Positions 36,670 through 46,457 of a stretch of 57,072 bases of DNA are shown piece after piece (positions within the stretch are counted from its first letter, which is position 1; each line of letters begins with the position of its first letter). Under the pieces are notes generated by a model that was not told the origin of the DNA, did no database searches, and saw nothing but the letters and a program-made list of their open reading frames with translations. This DNA is from Opitutaceae bacterium. Lineage in GTDB: Bacteria; Verrucomicrobiota; Verrucomicrobiia; Opitutales; Opitutaceae. Location: positions 1 through 57,072 of the forward strand of contig JBDNGL010000315.1 of NCBI GenBank assembly GCA_041689285.1. Reading direction: 5' to 3'. The translations under genes and the position numbers were made by a program.

Positions 36670-38163
36670 TTAAGGGGTAGGCACGGTGGTTCCGTCATAG
36701 GGCCATAGACCCACGCCACGCATGCGGCTTTCAAGTCCGGCCCGCAGAAAGATCTCTTTCATTTCATCGGCACGGTAACGCCGCGTCGGCAATTCCGCCA
36801 CATTGGCGAGGTAATACGTGAGTGCGGCGATGGTCGCGGCAGACTCGGGAATCATGCGCGGATCCACCTTGTCGATAGTATCGGCAAAATCGTGGTAGTA
36901 GCGCACTTTGTCGGGCTCGATATGCGCGCCGAAGGTGATCGCGGGGATCCCCTCGAGCTGGTAGGGCGTGTGATCGCTGCCGAACCAGTTGATGTTGGCC
37001 ACGCCTTGCTTGAGTTTTCGTTCGCCGAGCGAGGCAGCAAAACCCTCCAGCACGGGCACGAGCGCATCGAAACCCAGCGCGTTCACCGAAAGCGGGAAGC
37101 CGACCATGTCGAGATTGACCATCGCGGCGACTGGCCGGTCCTGGAGTGTCGGCGCATGCATGCGCGCACCCCAAAGGCCCTGCTCTTCGCCGTTGAACCA
37201 CACAAGTTCGATGGTGCGGAGGTTTTGCGGCGCATGCGCCTGCAGCTGCTTCGCGACGGCGTAGAGTTGCGCCACCCCGAGCCCATTATCAATGGCCCCT
37301 TGCCCGATATCCCACGAGTCGAAATGCGCACCGATAACCACCGTGTCAGCCGTGCGGCCGGGAAAGGTGACGACGATGTTCGCGGTCTCAATTTCCTTAG
37401 AAAAAGAACGGGTATGCATCCGCAGGCGCACGGTTTGTCCACGCTCAATCAGGCGGAGCATCCATTTGCCCTCTTCCTGCGTGACACTGTAAACCGGAAC
37501 CTTCAGCGGCTCGCCGGTGAAGGAACCGGTGCGCGCGAGTAACTGGCCGCCATCCACGCGATTAATCCAGAGGATGCCGCGCATGCCGACCGCGAGCGCG
37601 GCTGCTTCATACTGCCCACGCGGCACGTTAGTATGCGGGGCCAGCAGGCCGATCTTACCCTGCGGTGATGTCAGCGCGGCGATGTCTTCCGCCCGCCCCT
37701 GCCCGATATTTACCACTTCTGCCTCAAACGGCGCGTGCGCCTGAGTATAGGCCAGTGCAGCCACCCGCAGCGGCCGGGACAACGGGGCGAGCATGGTTAC
37801 CTCATCCGCACCGCGCACCCAGCCGGGCATCTTGAAACGCCCCAACCGCGCTTCGACCCCAAGAGCCTTGAGTTCCTCCATCGTGCGGCGCAACGCGCCT
37901 TCGTTGCCGGGCGAGCCCGTCAGCCGGCCGCCAAAGTCGTCGCAGAGCCGGGTCAGGAATTCGTGCCCCGAGGAGTCGGCCAGCGCATCCGCCACGATGG
38001 CGTCCTGCACGGTTTGGACGGGTTGGGCGCCCAGCGCCCCAACCAGCATGATCCCCGCGGCAAAGTAACCCAATAGGTTACTTGGTGCATGGCGGACGCG
38101 CAGGGCAGGCAACTGAAAAGAGCAACCTAATAGGTTACTTTGGATTAGGGTTTTTGGTTTCAT
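36670..38163 (-). CDS. M28 family metallopeptidase with PA domain, exported/membrane anchored
   Basis: Metal ligands in GAHFDSWDIGQGAIDNGLG, FNGEEQGLWGA and SDHTPY. ATG 38163 overlaps the GH127 stop (ATGA). Confidence 0.8.
   Translation of the reverse strand: MKPKTLIQSNLLGCSFQLPALRVRHAPSNLLGYFAAGIMLVGALGAQPVQTVQDAIVADALADSSGHEFLTRLCDDFGGRLTGSPGNEGALRRTMEELKALGVEARLGRFKMPGWVRGADEVTMLAPLSRPLRVAALAYTQAHAPFEAEVVNIGQGRAEDIAALTSPQGKIGLLAPHTNVPRGQYEAAALAVGMRGILWINRVDGGQLLARTGSFTGEPLKVPVYSVTQEEGKWMLRLIERGQTVRLRMHTRSFSKEIETANIVVTFPGRTADTVVIGAHFDSWDIGQGAIDNGLGVAQLYAVAKQLQAHAPQNLRTIELVWFNGEEQGLWGARMHAPTLQDRPVAAMVNLDMVGFPLSVNALGFDALVPVLEGFAASLGERKLKQGVANINWFGSDHTPYQLEGIPAITFGAHIEPDKVRYYHDFADTIDKVDPRMIPESAATIAALTYYLANVAELPTRRYRADEMKEIFLRAGLESRMRGVGLWPYDGTTVPTP
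38063..38141. repeat. Two copies of an operator-like inverted repeat AGTAACC-N5-GGTTACT about 58 nt apart, in the first codons of the M28 gene
   Basis: 38063..38083 is aagtaacc-caata-ggttactt (perfect 8-bp arms). 38121..38141 is agcaacc-taata-ggttactt (one arm mismatch). The 12-nt core aataggttactt is identical in both (38072..38083 and 38129..38140). Confidence 0.6.
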
Positions 38164-40085
38164 GATTCGCGGAGCCAGACGCGCATTTCCCCTTCCCCGC
38201 GATTGGCCCACAGGCCGTAGGGGATGGCCCGCAGCGTCACGGGCGCAGTGGTTGGTGGCGTCGTCTGGTAAAGTTGCCGCGTGTTTTGCGCGCGGACACC
38301 CGGAGCTTCGATGACGACACAGCCGCCCAGCAGGGCGGCTGCATGCCGGAGGCCAAGCGGTGCGGCGCGGGGCAAGGTCAAGGCGGCGAGTTGGTCGCCA
38401 TTGTCGGCTTCCTCAAAACAGTAAACCACCGGCCCGCGTTGCAACGCCACACAGCCCGCAGCGGTGGCCACGCGCGGATCAGCATGGATGCGCTCGACCG
38501 GCATGGGCAGCGTGAGCCCGATCTGGTCGCCCGCCTGCCAAGTGCACCGCAGGGCGACGTAACCTTCGCTGGGGGCGAGCGCCTGCGCCTGACCATTGAT
38601 CGTGAGCTTCGCCCCCCGACACCAACCTGGAACACGCAGGTGCACGGTGAACTCAGTGGCCGTCGCGGGGTTGACTTCAATCGCGATTTCCTCGCTCCAC
38701 GGATAATCGGTCCGCACGGCAAGCTGCACCTCACGGCCGCCAGCGGTGAATCGCAGGTCGCCGTCCGCATACAGATGGAGCGCCAGGCCGTCGCTGCGCT
38801 GTGAGGCCACATATTCGCCTAGGGAGGCATAGAGTCGCGCGACATTCGGTGGGCAGCAGGCGCAGCCGAACCAGCCCACGCGCTGCGTCTTCACCAAATG
38901 GCATTCGTAGCGGCGCTTCGCCACCACCGGGATGATCTCAAGCGGGTTGACGTAGAAAAATTTCGTGCCGTCGAGCGACATGCCGCTCTGCACATTGTTA
39001 TAGAGCGCGCGCTCCATCACGTCGGCGTATTCGCCGCGCAATTCGATATCGAGCAGGCGGCGCGCAAAGAAGATCACGCCGATGGCCGCGCAGGTTTCCG
39101 CATAGGCGCGGTCGGGCGGGAGGTCGAAAGGGTTGGCGAACTTCTCGCCATAGGGCTCGGCACCGACTCCGCCGGTGAGGTAGAGGTGGCTCCGCACGAT
39201 CGCGGTCCAGAGCGTGCGGCAGGATTGCAGCAGTGAATCGTCCTGCAGCTCCACCGCCAGATCGGCCATCGCCGCGAGCATATACATCTGGCGCACGGCA
39301 TGGCCGACCGGCTCCTGCAAGGCGCGCACCGGCTGCGCCGCCTGAAGGGTGGCCAGACCGTCGAAATACATGTGCCACGGCAGCTGGTCGCCGCGACGCT
39401 TGGTCTCCTCCGCGAGGTAGTTGGGTTCCTGCCCGCGCTGGTTGATGAAATACGCCGCGAGGGTGGCATAGCGGGCCTCGCCGGTGGCGCGGGCGAGTTT
39501 TACGAGCGCAAGCTCGACTTCCTGATGGCCGCAGTAGCCGGGGATCTGGCCGGGCCCGAGGCCGAAGGTGCGTTCAATCAGGTCGGCCAGTTTGCAGACC
39601 ACCGCGAGCAGGGCGCGCTTGCCGGTGGCGTGAAAATGCGCGACGCCCGCCTCAATCATGTGACCGGCCACGTAGAGCTCGTGACAGTCCCGCAGGTTGG
39701 CCCAACGGTTCTGCGGCTCGACGAGTTGGAAGTAGGTGTTGAGATAACCGTCCTCACCCTGCGCCTTGGCGATGGTGGCGATGATGCGGTCGAGTTCGAC
39801 CTCGAGCGCGGGATCCGGGTGCGTGGCGAGCCGGTAAGAGGCAGCTTCCAGCCACTTGGCGAGATCAGAATCTTGCCAGAACAAGCCATGAAATTTGCCG
39901 GCCTTTTCGCCCGCGGCGACTTGGAAGTTATGTACGCAGCCGCTGGGCTCGGCGCCGGGCACGCGGTCGTTGAGGGCCTCCCATTGATAGGGGATCACGA
40001 CCTCGCGCACGAGCCGGGTGCGCTCGGCGAGAAACCCGCGACGGAAACGGACGCTGTTTAGCGGAAGCGCGGAAACGTAGTTCAT
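38160..40085 (-). CDS. Glycoside hydrolase family 127 (DUF1680; beta-L-arabinofuranosidase HypBA1-like)
   Basis: 641 aa. The N-terminus [34 protein letters not shown] and the overall length match GH127, and a Cys-rich segment ([13 protein letters not shown]) corresponds to the family's Zn/Cys catalytic region. There is no signal peptide. Confidence 0.75.
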   Translation of the reverse strand: MNYVSALPLNSVRFRRGFLAERTRLVREVVIPYQWEALNDRVPGAEPSGCVHNFQVAAGEKAGKFHGLFWQDSDLAKWLEAASYRLATHPDPALEVELDRIIATIAKAQGEDGYLNTYFQLVEPQNRWANLRDCHELYVAGHMIEAGVAHFHATGKRALLAVVCKLADLIERTFGLGPGQIPGYCGHQEVELALVKLARATGEARYATLAAYFINQRGQEPNYLAEETKRRGDQLPWHMYFDGLATLQAAQPVRALQEPVGHAVRQMYMLAAMADLAVELQDDSLLQSCRTLWTAIVRSHLYLTGGVGAEPYGEKFANPFDLPPDRAYAETCAAIGVIFFARRLLDIELRGEYADVMERALYNNVQSGMSLDGTKFFYVNPLEIIPVVAKRRYECHLVKTQRVGWFGCACCPPNVARLYASLGEYVASQRSDGLALHLYADGDLRFTAGGREVQLAVRTDYPWSEEIAIEVNPATATEFTVHLRVPGWCRGAKLTINGQAQALAPSEGYVALRCTWQAGDQIGLTLPMPVERIHADPRVATAAGCVALQRGPVVYCFEEADNGDQLAALTLPRAAPLGLRHAAALLGGCVVIEAPGVRAQNTRQLYQTTPPTTAPVTLRAIPYGLWANRGEGEMRVWLRES

Positions 40086-41584
40086 GCGAAATGCAGCGCC
40101 GCCACGGCCCCGGGCGGCAGGGTGAGCGCCACCTCGCCAGAGTTTACCCGCACGCCGTCCAGTGGACGCGTGGTAACGGTGCGCGGATGATCAAAGGTAT
40201 TGCTGGCGGTGAGATCCGCCGAGGCCAGCACGTGCGCCGTCTTCAGCACCGGAGCCCTTCCGACCAAGTTCAGCGTGATCGTGGCTGGCGCGGTGTAAGC
40301 GGTGTTGCAAAGCGTGACGGTGATCGAGCCATCCGTCGCCAGCGAGGCGGTGGCCGAAACGGCGGGATAACCCAAACCGTCGTGCGCCAACTGCGCCGCC
40401 TCGCTGTGCACCGGCAGCCGCCGCGCACTCTGATGCGCCGCGTAGAAGGCAAACACGTCCCAAGTCGGCGTGAGCACGAGCCGCCCGCCGCCTTCCTCGG
40501 TCAGCGCCAAGGCTTGGAGGACGTTGACGATCTGCGCGAGGTTGGCGATGCGCACGCGTTCGCAGTGGTTGATGAAGACGTTGAGCGTAAGCGCCGCGAG
40601 CACCGCATCACGCACGGTCTGTTGTTGATAGAGAAAGCCGGGATTCGTGCCCGGCTCGACCGCATACCACGAGCCCCACTCGTCCACGACCAGCCCGACC
40701 GTGGCGGCCGGGTCGTAACGGTCCATGATGGCGCGGTGACCGCAAACGAGGGTTTCCATCTTCCAGCCGAGGGCCATCACGGATTTCCAGCCGGCCTCAT
40801 CAAAAGGGGTGGCGGGATGTTTCATCGTCCAAGTGCCGGGCACGGTGTAGTAGTGCAACGAGAGCCCCTGCATGAGCGCCTGACCAAAGGTGTTCTTGGC
40901 CGCGTCGCGCATCACGACCTCGGTCCACCGGTAGTCGTCGCCGTTGGCCCCACAGCCCACGCGGAAGAGCGGGGCTCCGGGGAAGTCGCGCGCATAGGTG
41001 GAAAATCGGCGGAGCTCGGCGGCGTATTGCGCGGGGGTCATGTTGCCGCCGCAGCCCCAGTTCTCATTGCCGATACCCCAAAGACGGACCTTCCACGGCT
41101 CACGCCGGCCGTTGCTCGCGCGCTCATCCGCCAGCGTGCCGGCGGCGGCGTTGCAATACTCCACCCACTCGCGCAGCTCGCGCGGCGTGCCGCTGCCGAC
41201 GTTACCGGCGAGGTAGGGCTCGCAGCCAAGCTGCTCGCACAGGTCGAGAAACTCGTGCGTGCCAACGGCGTTATCGTCCACCACGCCGCCCCAGTGCGCG
41301 TTGAGGCGGCGCGGACGTTGGGCTCGCGGCCCGATGCCCTCGCGCCAGTGATAGTCGTCGGCGAAACAACCGCCCGGCCAGCGCAAATTGGGAATACGGA
41401 TCTGCTTCAACGCGGCGACGAGATCACTGCGCCAGCCGCGCACGTGGGGCACTTTGGAATCTTCACCGACCCACAGACCGTCGTAGATGCACCGGCCGAG
41501 GTGCTCCGCGAAATGCCCGAAGATGTGCCGGTCAATGACCGGACCGGGTTCGGCCGCGTGCAGGTTGAGACGGGTGGGAGCCAT
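40082..41584 (-). CDS. Glycoside hydrolase family 51 alpha-L-arabinofuranosidase
   Basis: Internal ATG 41584 ([40 protein letters not shown]). Acid/base motif [12 protein letters not shown]. The stop overlaps the GH127 start. Confidence 0.85.
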   Translation of the reverse strand: MAPTRLNLHAAEPGPVIDRHIFGHFAEHLGRCIYDGLWVGEDSKVPHVRGWRSDLVAALKQIRIPNLRWPGGCFADDYHWREGIGPRAQRPRRLNAHWGGVVDDNAVGTHEFLDLCEQLGCEPYLAGNVGSGTPRELREWVEYCNAAAGTLADERASNGRREPWKVRLWGIGNENWGCGGNMTPAQYAAELRRFSTYARDFPGAPLFRVGCGANGDDYRWTEVVMRDAAKNTFGQALMQGLSLHYYTVPGTWTMKHPATPFDEAGWKSVMALGWKMETLVCGHRAIMDRYDPAATVGLVVDEWGSWYAVEPGTNPGFLYQQQTVRDAVLAALTLNVFINHCERVRIANLAQIVNVLQALALTEEGGGRLVLTPTWDVFAFYAAHQSARRLPVHSEAAQLAHDGLGYPAVSATASLATDGSITVTLCNTAYTAPATITLNLVGRAPVLKTAHVLASADLTASNTFDHPRTVTTRPLDGVRVNSGEVALTLPPGAVAALHFA

Positions 41585-41646
41585 GGAGAAAAGTTTGCCC
41601 GATCGTGCCGGACGAGTTGGGAAATCGAAGGCCTGCCCGGCCGAAG

Positions 41647-43536
41647 TCATTCGATTACACGGTCCTTGATCGTCAGGGTGTTGAAATCGAGCACGCGCTG
41701 CAATCGGCCGTGTGTGATTGTCAGTTTGCGGCCGCCCACCTCGGCATTGAGGTAGGGTCCCTCGAAGAGTTTCCATTGCGCATAATCCACCGGCACGCCG
41801 GCCACCACGGGCGTCTCCCCATAGGTGAAGGCAACCTGCTTGCCACGGAGGGTGGTGAATTTGACCGCCGGGACGGGCTCAAGCGTGAACTCCAGCGGCA
41901 GGGCGTTGATCGCCGCTTGGAACGCGGCGAAACTCTCAAACTCGGCGACACTCGCCGCCTGCACGATAGTGCCGTTCTTCAGGTGCGGACTGGTGAGCAC
42001 CCGGCCGCCGAGATCCTGTCGTTCCTTGGCCCAGCCGCTGGCGAAGTGCAGGTAGGGAATCCAGTGATAGGGCGCGAGTGGCCGGTAGGCGAGATAGGCT
42101 TGGCCGCCTTGGGCGAAAATCCAGCCAGACTTGTCCTCGGTCACATTGACGAGGTCCTTCGAGAAAAACCCGTTGATGTGCGGGAAGTGTTCCCCGGGTG
42201 CGATATCGTAGAGCGCAATGACGGTGTCGAGGTCCTGAAAGACTTTTTCGTAGGGCGAAGCGCCGAGGATTTTGTCGGGCGAATTGTAAGATGGCTTGCC
42301 TTCGAAGGGCACGCTGACCGGCATCGGCTCGGGATAGGTGCTGAACTGCGCCTGCATCATGCGGCCCGACGAATGCGGGTGGAGCGAGAACATCGTGGGG
42401 TGCTTGCCCCGCGGATCTTCCTCGCGCCAAGTGACGTCCCACACATGGGCCTGAATCACGTCGTTGACGATACCCTGCGTGGAACCAACCGCGTAATCGC
42501 GGCGCAGGTAGTTGGTCTTGTAAACTGGCGGGGAGAGCTCGTCGCTGTAGCGCCAGTAACGGCGGGTGCGGGCGCGGTCACGCTGGACGTAGTCGCCGTC
42601 ACGTTCGACCGCAATGCGGTGAATCACCTCAGGCAGCACGTAGTTTTTCGCCACCGGCGCGAAGTAGAGCCCCCAGCCGCCGTAACCGGCCGGACTCGGC
42701 GTATTTCCGAAAAGTAACCACGAGAAATACGAGGCCAGCGCATTCCAGCGCTCGATGACCGAGCCCTCGTCCGAGCGGGCGTTGGGGCCGCGCAGCACGC
42801 CGTTAAGGGTGACGGTAGCGAGCTCGGCAAACATCCAGTCGAGGATCATGCGGCCGCGCTGCTTCATGACGGGATCTTTGGCCCACGAGGCCATGAAGAG
42901 CATAGGGATGGCATATTCGCCGATGTAGTGCGTGGTGTTAAACTCGCCCTGCCCCACTGTGGTGGTCGTGTCCATCCAGTGGATCAACCACTCACGGGCT
43001 TCGGCCAGATTCTCCTCCGAGCTGCGACCGGTATACCACGTCTCGGCCGGTTCGTTGGGATAAAGTTCCGACATCAGGTAGAGCGAAGCGTAATACATCA
43101 CCCAATGATTCTCGGTGTCGCCGCGGAGCTGGCGGGTGGTGCGCCATGCCTCGCGGATGGACGCCCGGGCCTCGGGCGACAGCAGGTCGCGGCCGGTAAA
43201 GGCCACGCAGACGGCGGGGAACATCCAGAATGGACCGGTGCCCGGCTCCGCCATCATTTGCAGCACGCGCTCATTGCAGGCATCAATGTCACGCCCGAGG
43301 GTCAACAGGATGGCTATGGAGGCCATGTCCATCGTGCCGGGAATGTCGTTCAAATCCACACGGCTGGCGCGCCATGCCAGCACTTCGTCCACCCGGGCAT
43401 GATAAGCCGCGAGGCGCTGGTCTTCGGCGGGGACGGTGGTGACGACCGGGGCCGGCCCCTCAAAGGAGGGCTGGGCGGACATGGAAACAACCAGCAAAAA
43501 AGCCGGCAGCAGACGTAAACAAGATGATGATTGCAT
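41647..43536 (-). CDS. Secreted ~630-aa protein of unrecognised family, paralog A (partner of the Asp-box propeller)
   Basis: Signal peptide [23 protein letters not shown]. It aligns full-length to 44548..46446 (shared runs [70 protein letters not shown]). Confidence 0.7.
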   Translation of the reverse strand: MQSSSCLRLLPAFLLVVSMSAQPSFEGPAPVVTTVPAEDQRLAAYHARVDEVLAWRASRVDLNDIPGTMDMASIAILLTLGRDIDACNERVLQMMAEPGTGPFWMFPAVCVAFTGRDLLSPEARASIREAWRTTRQLRGDTENHWVMYYASLYLMSELYPNEPAETWYTGRSSEENLAEAREWLIHWMDTTTTVGQGEFNTTHYIGEYAIPMLFMASWAKDPVMKQRGRMILDWMFAELATVTLNGVLRGPNARSDEGSVIERWNALASYFSWLLFGNTPSPAGYGGWGLYFAPVAKNYVLPEVIHRIAVERDGDYVQRDRARTRRYWRYSDELSPPVYKTNYLRRDYAVGSTQGIVNDVIQAHVWDVTWREEDPRGKHPTMFSLHPHSSGRMMQAQFSTYPEPMPVSVPFEGKPSYNSPDKILGASPYEKVFQDLDTVIALYDIAPGEHFPHINGFFSKDLVNVTEDKSGWIFAQGGQAYLAYRPLAPYHWIPYLHFASGWAKERQDLGGRVLTSPHLKNGTIVQAASVAEFESFAAFQAAINALPLEFTLEPVPAVKFTTLRGKQVAFTYGETPVVAGVPVDYAQWKLFEGPYLNAEVGGRKLTITHGRLQRVLDFNTLTIKDRVIE

Positions 43537-43543
43537 GGGGTGT

Positions 43544-44551
43544 TCAGTTGGCGGCTTTGGGCAGGGTGACGAAGTAATTGACGAGCGAACCTACGAGATC
43601 ATTGGGTTGCCAGGTGCGGCCGAAGTCATCGGAATGGAACAGGGTTTCCTGAAACACGCTGGCGTAGAGCCGACCCTCAGGATCGACGCCGACGCGCCAG
43701 ACGCGGGGATTCTCCGGCAGGCCGGCATTGCGGCTGGTCCAAGTCGCGCCCCCGTCCTCGGTGGTCAGCACCCCGTGTGCCCAACTGCCGATGGCCAGAC
43801 GCGCCGGGTTGGTCACATCGAAAGTGATGTTGTAGAGAGCGCGCTCGGTCGGCACGCCAGCCAAGCGCACCCACTTAAGACCACCGTCGCGCGAAATCAG
43901 CGCGCCGGCGCTTTGGGTGGCCGCGACCCAAAGCTGTGGATCGTGCGGTGATTGTTGGAGGTCGTTCACCGTCTCCTTGGTCGCGAATACTTGCCGCCAG
44001 TTTTGCGCGCCATCTTCGGTGAGAAAAATACCCACCTCGCAGCCGGCAAACACGCGACCGGCGCGGGTGCGGTCCACCTTGATGGCCTGCGTAAATTTAC
44101 CGCGTTCTGGCAGGCCGTTTTCGCGGCGCACGAGGGTCTCGGCCCGATCGGTGGAGACGGCGATGCCGTCGGGCAGGGCAAGGTAAACATGATCAGGCGC
44201 GTTGGGATCCACCGCGACATCGCGGCCCTCGGTCATATCCCAACCGTTGCTGATCCGCCAATTTTTGCCGCCATCCAGGCTGCGCCAGAGGCCATTCAGG
44301 GTAGCGGTGTAGATGACGTTGCGGTCGCGCGGATCAAACGCGAGGGCGCTGATGCTGGTGTCGTTATAGCCGAAGTGCCGCCACGCGCCGGCATCCGTGC
44401 GTTGGAAAATGCCGTTGGTCGTGACGATCTTGGAACCGATGACATAGTTGCGGTTGATGTTGGCGCAAATGTAGAAGTCATACGCCGGCGTCGCGGTCGC
44501 GACGGCGGTTAGCAGGCCGAGCATTGGCAGGAGGCGGCGGAAGTTTTTCAT
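43544..44551 (-). CDS. Secreted BNR/Asp-box repeat beta-propeller protein, paralog A
   Basis: Signal peptide MKNFRRLLPMLGLLTAVATA. Asp-boxes (S/T-x-D-x-G-x-x-W): SLDGGKNW, TEDGAQNW, SRDGGLKW, TEDGGATW, SDDFGRTW. Confidence 0.75.
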   Translation of the reverse strand: MKNFRRLLPMLGLLTAVATATPAYDFYICANINRNYVIGSKIVTTNGIFQRTDAGAWRHFGYNDTSISALAFDPRDRNVIYTATLNGLWRSLDGGKNWRISNGWDMTEGRDVAVDPNAPDHVYLALPDGIAVSTDRAETLVRRENGLPERGKFTQAIKVDRTRAGRVFAGCEVGIFLTEDGAQNWRQVFATKETVNDLQQSPHDPQLWVAATQSAGALISRDGGLKWVRLAGVPTERALYNITFDVTNPARLAIGSWAHGVLTTEDGGATWTSRNAGLPENPRVWRVGVDPEGRLYASVFQETLFHSDDFGRTWQPNDLVGSLVNYFVTLPKAAN

Positions 44552-46446
44552 GGGGTGACGTAATCGGTGGTGGTGACGGTGTTGAAATCAAGCACGCGGT
44601 GCTGCCGGCCGTGCGAAATGGTGATTTTGCGGGCGCCGAGCTCGGCGTTGAGGTGCGGACCTTCGAAAAGCTTCCACGACGTGTAGCCCACCGGCTTGCC
44701 GTCGAGGACCGGGGCCGCGCCATAAGTGAACTCGACTTGCTTGCCGCGCAGGGTGGTGAATTTGACTGCGGGAGTCGGCTGCAACGTGAACGCCAGCGGC
44801 AGGGCATTGATCGCGGCTTGAAACGCCGCGAAGCTCGCAAACTCGTCGGCACTCGCCGCCTGCACAATGGTGCCGTTCTGCGGGTGTGGACTGACGAGGA
44901 TGCGATCCACCTCGCCCTCGGGGCGAAACCGCTCCCACACATAACCGCTGCCGCCGGTGCGGGGCAACTGCCGGTAACCGAGCAGGTCTTCCCACGCGTA
45001 GGGTGCCAGCGGTCGGTAGGCGAGGTAGGTGTTCCCACCCCGGGCGAAGATCCACCCGGACTTAGCTTCGGTGACGTCGAGCAGGTCCTTGGAAAAAAAT
45101 CCATTGATGCGCTGGTGAACGATACCGGGCGGGATGTCGTAAAGCGCTATGATCGTGTCGAGATCCTGAAACACCTGCTCGTAGGGCGAGCAACTGAGGA
45201 TCTTGTCCGGCACGCCGTAGGAGGGTTTGCCTTGGCTGGCGAGCAGATCGATCATCCAGTCGGGATACTCGGTGAAATACATCTGCAGCACCCGTGATGA
45301 GGATAGCGGATGCGTGGAGAAAATCGTGTTATGCACGCCGCGGGGATCGGGCACAGCCCACGTCACATCCCAGACGTGCGCCTGGATGGGATCGGAGAGC
45401 CCGCCCTGGTAGGAACCGACGGCATAGTCGCGCCGGATATAACCGGTTTTATAGACCGGCATCATCTCCACGTCGCTGTAGCGCCAGCGGCGGCGCGAGC
45501 GTTTATGGTCGTGCTGTTCGCGGTCGTATTCGCGGTCGGTCGCGATGCGGTAAAACAGCGGCGGCGGATCGTAGTGCGCCGCCGCGATGGCAAAGTAGAT
45601 GCCCCAGCCGCCGTAGTGCGGCGGCGGCGGAATGTGGCCATACATCGTCCAGCTGAAATAGGTGGCGAGCGCGTGCCAGCGTTGGATGACCGAATTGTCA
45701 TCGGTGCGGGCATTCGGCCCGCGCAGCACTCCGTGCAGGGTGTTGTCTGCCAGCTCAGCCATCAGGAGATCGAGCAACATCCGGCCGCGCTGGCGCATCG
45801 CGGGGTCTTCCGACCAAGTGGCCAGATACAGCATCGGGATCGCATACTCACCGATGTAGTGCGTGGCGTTGAATTCACCTTGCCCGATCGTCGTGGCGAT
45901 ATCCATCCAGTGCAGCAGAAAATCACGCGCCTCCGCGTGGTTTTCCGCGGAGCTCTTGCCGTTAAACCAGGTCTCGCCCGGTTCGCCGGGATAGAGCTCG
46001 GTCATGAGAAAGAGTGAGGAGTAATACATCACCCAATGGTTCTCGGTGTCGCCGCGCATCGGAAAATAGGTGCGCCACGCATCCCGGATCGCCGCACGCG
46101 CCTCGGGCGAGAGCTGGTCGCGCCCGGCGAAGGCGATGGCCGTCCACGGAAACATCCAGAACATATCGCCCGACTGCGGTTCGGCCAGCAGCTCAAGGAT
46201 GCGTTGCGAAGCCAGGTCGGCATCCTCACGACGCACGAGCTTCACCAACGCCTGTTCACGAGTGAGGGGTTTGGCCGGATCAATCGCCTCAAGATACCAG
46301 TCGAGCGTCTCGTTGACGCGCTCGAGATACGCCCGGCGCAGGGTATCGGGCCGCGTGTCCGGCGGCGGCCCGGGCATCGGGGCTTCGTAAGAGGGTTGGG
46401 CCACGGCGACGGTCGCGAGCAGGAGGAGAGCAAGAAATTTTTTCAT
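44548..46446 (-). CDS. Secreted ~630-aa protein of unrecognised family, paralog B
   Basis: Internal ATG 46446 gives MKKFLALLLLATVAVAQPS. It is collinear with paralog A. The stop overlaps the propeller-A start (ATGA). Confidence 0.7.
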   Translation of the reverse strand: MKKFLALLLLATVAVAQPSYEAPMPGPPPDTRPDTLRRAYLERVNETLDWYLEAIDPAKPLTREQALVKLVRREDADLASQRILELLAEPQSGDMFWMFPWTAIAFAGRDQLSPEARAAIRDAWRTYFPMRGDTENHWVMYYSSLFLMTELYPGEPGETWFNGKSSAENHAEARDFLLHWMDIATTIGQGEFNATHYIGEYAIPMLYLATWSEDPAMRQRGRMLLDLLMAELADNTLHGVLRGPNARTDDNSVIQRWHALATYFSWTMYGHIPPPPHYGGWGIYFAIAAAHYDPPPLFYRIATDREYDREQHDHKRSRRRWRYSDVEMMPVYKTGYIRRDYAVGSYQGGLSDPIQAHVWDVTWAVPDPRGVHNTIFSTHPLSSSRVLQMYFTEYPDWMIDLLASQGKPSYGVPDKILSCSPYEQVFQDLDTIIALYDIPPGIVHQRINGFFSKDLLDVTEAKSGWIFARGGNTYLAYRPLAPYAWEDLLGYRQLPRTGGSGYVWERFRPEGEVDRILVSPHPQNGTIVQAASADEFASFAAFQAAINALPLAFTLQPTPAVKFTTLRGKQVEFTYGAAPVLDGKPVGYTSWKLFEGPHLNAELGARKITISHGRQHRVLDFNTVTTTDYVTP

Positions 46447-46457
46447 GACGGGCGGGA

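Noticed and set aside
40091-41755. A 554-aa plus-strand ORF opposite GH51. Similar long antisense ORFs include 14807..15850 (-), 25698..26699 (-), 8733..9794 (-), 4880..5914 (-), 9933..10667 (-) and 53894..54829 (-).
   Set aside because: These are typical high-GC shadow ORFs. Each fully overlaps a CDS with clear family motifs on the other strand, and each has Arg/Gly/Ala/His-rich low-information sequence.
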